Below, piece after piece: positions 1 to 5,161 of a stretch of 5,161 bases of DNA. The stretch spans positions 1 to 5,161 of the forward strand of contig CATOCA020000109.1 in NCBI GenBank assembly GCA_951406725.2, in the 5' to 3' direction. Source of the DNA: Octopus vulgaris (taxonomy: Eukaryota). Numbering within the stretch: position 1 is the stretch's first letter; each line of letters opens with the position of its first letter. The notes under the pieces are model-generated. The model was not told where the DNA came from. It made no database searches and saw only the letters and a program-made list of their open reading frames with translations. Position numbers and translations under genes: made by a program.

Positions 1-5
1 TATAT

Positions 6-25
6 GATTGATTGATTGATTGATT
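6..25 (-). repeat. LINE 3' tail, (AATC)5 on the element strand
   Basis: The + strand reads (GATT)5 at 6-25, 11 nt beyond the ORF2 stop. Short tandem-repeat tails in place of poly(A) are typical of CR1/L2-group LINEs. Confidence 0.88.
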
Positions 26-32
26 CTAGTTT

Positions 33-46
33 CAGCTTATGAGCTG
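33..46 (-). promoter_or_regulatory. Putative 3'-terminal stem-loop (RT recognition signal)
   Basis: Element strand reads CAGCT-CATA-AGCTG (5-bp stem, 4-nt loop), 7 nt before the tail repeat. The position matches the 3' stem-loop known in CR1/L2-group LINEs. Function is inferred. Confidence 0.55.
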
Positions 47-769
47 TGGCCATGCTGGGGCACCGCCATTTGTGTTGCTACTGGTTTCACTTCATGGAGA
101 GGCTTTCTAGCAACTGCTATTTGGTGCATGAGAGAGTTCGATGCAGCTGCCCTCATCTGCCCCTCCTGCCGTGAAGTTGGTTCATCTGGGACACCTGACA
201 GGAAGAGATCCAGCTTCATTTTAAAGACATCTGTATCCACCCCATGCAGGTCTCTCAGGTTCTTCGGGAGGATATTGAAGAGCTGTGGGCCTCGGAAGCC
301 CAGGCTATCACAGAATCTTGTCCTACATCTTGATGGCAGGTTTGGAGTCCTAGGCACCACGCAGTGGCGCCCAATTCTGGCAGTTGCTGTAACTCTCGAT
401 GCCAAAGTTCAGGACACTTCCCTCCAGGATCTTCCAGATGTATATTATGGCATATCTTTCCTGCCTACGATCCAGGGAATATAATTTTAATCTCTTGAGT
501 CTTTCCCAGTAGCTTACATTCTGCATAGAGGCTATCTTCTTTGTGTAGCTTCGTTGGATCGCCTCAAGTTTCTGTGATCTGACTTGACACTGTATGGTGA
601 CCATAGCTGAGAGCAATAGTCAAAGTGGCTTAGGACAAGTGTCTTCCAGAGGACCATCATGGTTTTTTGTTCTCTTGTTCTAAAGGTTCTAAGAATCCAT
701 CCAGCCAGCCGTCTACATTTCATTGTCAGTTTAGCAACATGTACATGAAAGGTCGCGTCATCACTCATG

Positions 770-1665
770 TGAATACCCAGGTCACGCACTGATTGTGCCT
801 CTGGGATTGCAATCCCTCCGGGTCCAGTGTATTCATTGGGTATTGCATTCAGTTTTGCATGCTGATAGTATAAAGCTTGAAACTTTCCAGCATTGAACTG
901 CATGCTATTCTTTTCAGCCCACTTGTATATTTCGTCCAGCTCACATTGCAGGTGTTTAGTGTCCTCAGGGTTCTGTATTGCCTGTGAGACTTTTGTATCA
1001 TCTGCATAACTTGTGATCGTGGCTCTCTGCGTGGCTGAGGGCATGTCTGAGAGGGCCATTATGAACAGTAGTGTTCCCAGAACAGTGCCCTGCAGAACAC
1101 CGCTCACTATTTGTGTGTTAATGGAGGTGGCCCCATTGGCTACTACCACCTGACTTCTATCCTTGAGAAAGTCATGAAGCCATTCTCCCAGTTTTCCAAC
1201 TATGTTGAGATCACGCAGTTTGTGACATATCATTCCATGATCGACTTTATCAAAGGCCTTTGCAAAGTCGAGATATATCACTTCCACATTTGAGTGGTTG
1301 AGCAGCCGTTTCAGCACCCAGTCATAGTGTTGTAGGAGCTAAGTTAAACAGCTTCTCCCTGGTCGGAAACCATGTTGGGTGTCGGGCAGCAAGTCATTCT
1401 CTTCAAGGAAGGTGATCAGCTTCCTTCTGACTATTCGTTCCATGACCTTGCTGATGTGTGAGGTCAGAGAGATAGGTCTATAGTTCTTGGCTTCCGCTCT
1501 GCTACCTCCTTTATGAATGGGGCATATTTTACCTTCCTTCAGTTTTCCTGGAAGTTTGCCAGCTGCAAGGAAGCTCTGAAAGAGGAACTGCAGTGGTCTT
1601 GCTAGGACTCTCTTACATGCTTTTAGGAGGATTGCCGGGAATCCATCGGGGCCAGTAGCTGAGTC
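770..1665 (-). other. Reverse transcriptase domain of ORF2
   Basis: Motifs SATGPDGF, PIHKGG, NYRPISLTSHISKVMERIV, QHGFRPGRSCLT, YLDFAKAFDKVDH, SGVLQGTVLGTLLF, YADD (997-1008), MQFNAGKFQ and RDLGI. Interrupted by the TAG at 1339-1341. Boundaries approximate. Confidence 0.95.
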
Positions 1666-2379
1666 TGTTTTCATTTCATCTATAGCCTTGGTTACATCGT
1701 CTTCCTTTATATCGATGTAATCTATCGTCGCCGCCTCTGATTTTATATCTGCAGTCAAAAAGTCAGTTGGGTTGGTGATTTGGAGATGCCCAAGGGGTGG
1801 AGTGAAAACACTCTTGAATTGCTCATTCAGTATTTCACTTACCCTCATTGGTTTTCCTGTAAGTGTGCCATCCTTTTCGAGGAGTGGCCCTATTCTACAG
1901 TGCACCGTAGCTGTTTCTTTGGCATACCTGTAGAAAGCTCTGGGGTTAGATTTTATGTTTTCTATAGCCCAGGCTCTTTGTCTGCTCTTTCTTTTTCATG
2001 GGAGAGTTGCAGACATTTTTCGATTTCCAACAGTTTTATTTTTAGGCGGGACTTTTCACTGCTTTCAATCTGTTTGTTTAGGCGATTTGAAAATTTCGTA
2101 CGCCGTCTTATTAAAATTTTCCTCTCTCTGGGGATTTTGTTCTTGTGTACAGTGGCCTTTCTCTCTGGGACACATTTGTAGCATATGGCTTGCATTACAG
2201 ACATGAATTGTTGAAGTTTCACGTCGATGTCTGGCGAGGAGAGACATTTAGGCCAGTTTTGTTTGAGGATCTCTTTCTCAATTTGTTTCCAGTTTGCCTT
2301 ATGGTAGTTCAAGCTGGAAAGATTTTGAGGGTTTCTTGTAGGCTGCATGTCCGTGCTCTCTTTTGGCCCGTACATGGTC

Positions 2380-3060
2380 AGCTCTATCATGTTGTGATCC
2401 GAGAGTAGTGTCGGTGTCACTTTCACATTATGGATGAGATCCATGTCATTTGTGAAGCAGAGATCCAGTGTGTTACCTGCCCTGGTTGGTTGGAGTATTA
2501 CCTGCTCCATGTACAGGGTGTTGATGAGGTTCAGGAGGGACCTCGCCTGTCCTCGTTCACATCTTGTCATTCCTGGGAGAGAAAGGCCCTCGGGCCATCT
2601 GACATTGGGCAGATTGAAGTCTCCCATAAGAAGCACACCTATGTGTTGTTCTAATGTGGTTAGAATTTCTTCTATTTTTATAAGGCAGTCTTCAAACTTG
2701 CCCACATGGCTTGGGGCATCTGGAGGGCGATATGTAGCACACACAACTACATCAAGTTGCCTAATATGTACAATTAGTGTGTCACACACCGAGTTCAAGT
2801 ATGACAAGAGGACCTGGGGTGTGAGGTCCTCACGGATGTACATAGCAACACCTCCATGACTCCTTTCTTTCCTGTCGGTCCGTAGTACAGCATACTGTGG
2901 TATGTGTAACTCCGCATCTGCTATGTCCGGTTTCAGGTGCGTTTCTGTAAGTGCTATGCATAAGGCTTGATTGCATGCAACAAAGTCTCTCAGGAAAGGT
3001 TTCTTTGTCCTGTTACTGAGTGTTTGCAGTCCTCTGATGTTCAGTAGGAGTATCGAGGTG
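2380..3060 (-). other. Apurinic/apyrimidinic-like endonuclease (APE/EEP) domain of ORF2
   Basis: Motifs in the expected order: LLNIRGL, IALTETHL, RTDR..SHGGVAMYI, YRPP, MGDFNLP, PTRAGNTLDLCF and LSDHNMI (SDH at 2394-2402). No stop or frameshift within it. Boundaries approximate. Confidence 0.93.
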
Positions 3061-3577
3061 AGGTGTACGTTGTTGCCGGCGGTGTCCATCCTGTGTCTGT
3101 TTGCTGTGGTGGTCTGGTATATAGTGGGTAGTCCCACCTGCGGGCTTGGGTTTGATGAAGCCAGGTCAGCTGCTGTACAATCTTTTGTGCCATGCACAAA
3201 AAAGATTGTTGCTCAGCAGCTGCTCTTTCGACAACATCATGTTGGCTGTTTGTGGAGCGCACAACATCTGCGTACCTCCGCTTTGGGGCAGGTGGTGCGT
3301 GGTCCATCCCTTTTCTTTGTGTTGATGGTTTGTCCATCTGCCTCGTGTCTCTGTAGCAGGGTCCCCGATGTGCAAAGCGGCAGCCTGCACCTTCCTTTCC
3401 ATGCCAGCAGGAACCTCTCAGGTAGAACATACACACCCGTGCGCGTTGTTTGGTTCCATCCTTTGCGGTTCCACTTCTATTCCTGGTTGTTTCACTCTTT
3501 GGTCCTGCTTGAGCTTTTTCTTTTCCTTTAGCTCTTCCAGTCCTTCTTTTAGTTCTTCTTCCTCCCTCTACCTCTTC
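3041..3577 (-). pseudogene. C-terminal remnant of LINE ORF1 (basic, nucleic-acid-binding, one CCCH zinc finger); N-terminus absent
   Basis: Non-repetitive part of track ORF 3041..5059: a Lys/Arg-rich segment, then [22 protein letters not shown] (C-x7-C-x8-C-x3-H, 3368-3433), a RRYADVV motif and a P/T/Q-rich tail ending at TGA 3041-3043. It lies directly upstream of ORF2 and overlaps it. Confidence 0.8.
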
Positions 3578-5023
<1,446 letters not shown>

Positions 5024-5061
5024 TTTGTTATAGAAGAATTTGTCTGTTGCGGCGGACAAAT

Positions 5062-5161
5062 GTATTATTACACTATTTTATTATCTATTATTATTATCAC
5101 TTGTTAAATATATGTGTGTGTGTTATATATATATGTGTGTATGTATATACTACATATATAT
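5062..5161. repeat. AT-rich low-complexity flank: degenerate (TTA)n, then mixed (TG)n/(TA)n
   Basis: Read directly: tattattac...ttattatctttattattatc, then atatgtgtgtgtgttatatatatatgtgtgtatgtatatac. Confidence 0.7.

Larger units (their letters stand above)
37..3089 (-). pseudogene. LINE ORF2 (APE endonuclease + reverse transcriptase), disrupted; ~1017 aa if repaired
   Basis: Joins track ORFs 1962..3197, 1339..1905, 532..1317, 350..616 and 37..405. Lesions: 1-nt loss near 1975-1985 (DKE|AWAIENIKSNP); in-frame TAG at 1339-1341 (SCLT*LLQHY, probably CAG>TAG); 1-nt loss near 575-585 (WSPYSVKSD|QKLEAIQR); 1-nt gain near 383-386 (SYSN|ARIGRHC). First in-frame ATG is at 3089 (the track start at 3197 is GTG), but the frame is open from 3212. 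Stop is TAA at 37-39. Confidence 0.93.
6..3577 (-). mobile_element. 5'-truncated, inactivated non-LTR retrotransposon (LINE) of the CR1/L2 group, CR1-like
   Basis: Minus-strand order is ORF1 remnant (CCCH finger), APE endonuclease, RT (YADD), C-terminal domain, short-repeat 3' tail. No LTRs and no RNase H or integrase motifs seen. CR1-group-like motifs include IKSNPRAFYRYAK, YLDFAKAFDKVDH, DYCSQLWSPY, LEAIQRSYTK and SYWERLKRLKLYSL. The 5' end stops abruptly inside ORF1 at 3577. Clade call is from motifs only, no phylogeny. Confidence 0.95.

Noticed and set aside
6-25. (GATT)n as a telomeric or CRISPR-like repeat
   Set aside because: It is five 4-nt units with no spacers, positioned where a LINE tail is expected.
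1339-1341. In-frame TAG as programmed readthrough or an alternative genetic code
   Set aside because: It replaces a residue in the conserved SCLTQLL-type motif and is one C>T change from CAG. Other lesions show the copy is decaying.
532-1905. RT as a bacterial retron, group II intron, DGR or defence-associated RT
   Set aside because: The upstream APE endonuclease, CR1-group C-terminal motifs, repeat tail and microsatellite context identify a eukaryotic LINE.
2065-3434. Short minus-strand ORFs 2065..2247, 3166..3402 and 3237..3434
   Set aside because: They are alternate frames nested in ORF1 or ORF2 with no domain signal.
20-3531. Plus-strand ORFs (20..484, 1111..1293, 1780..2181, 1955..2206, 2145..2408, 2430..2654, 2434..2859, 2971..3531)
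   Set aside because: They are antisense shadows of the LINE ORFs with no recognisable motifs.

Overview
This is eukaryotic genomic DNA, not a prokaryotic locus. Positions ~6-3577 hold a single 5'-truncated, degraded APE-type non-LTR retrotransposon (LINE, CR1/L2 group, most likely CR1-like) on the minus strand. From its 5' end it has: the C-terminal ~178 aa of an ORF1 with a CCCH zinc finger; an ORF2 of ~1017 aa when reconstructed (APE endonuclease plus reverse transcriptase), broken by three 1-nt frameshifts and one in-frame stop; a 3'-terminal hairpin; and an (AATC)5 tail. Its 5' end runs directly into a ~1.44 kb (TA)n tract (3578-5017), and its 3' end abuts TATAT at the window edge, so it appears to sit inside a TA microsatellite. 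The best leads are a candidate -1 ribosomal frameshift site inside a long hairpin where the ORF2 frame opens, a 3' end that from memory resembles octopus SINE tails, and possible (TA)n targeting. All long YIYI ORFs and + strand ORFs are artefacts.
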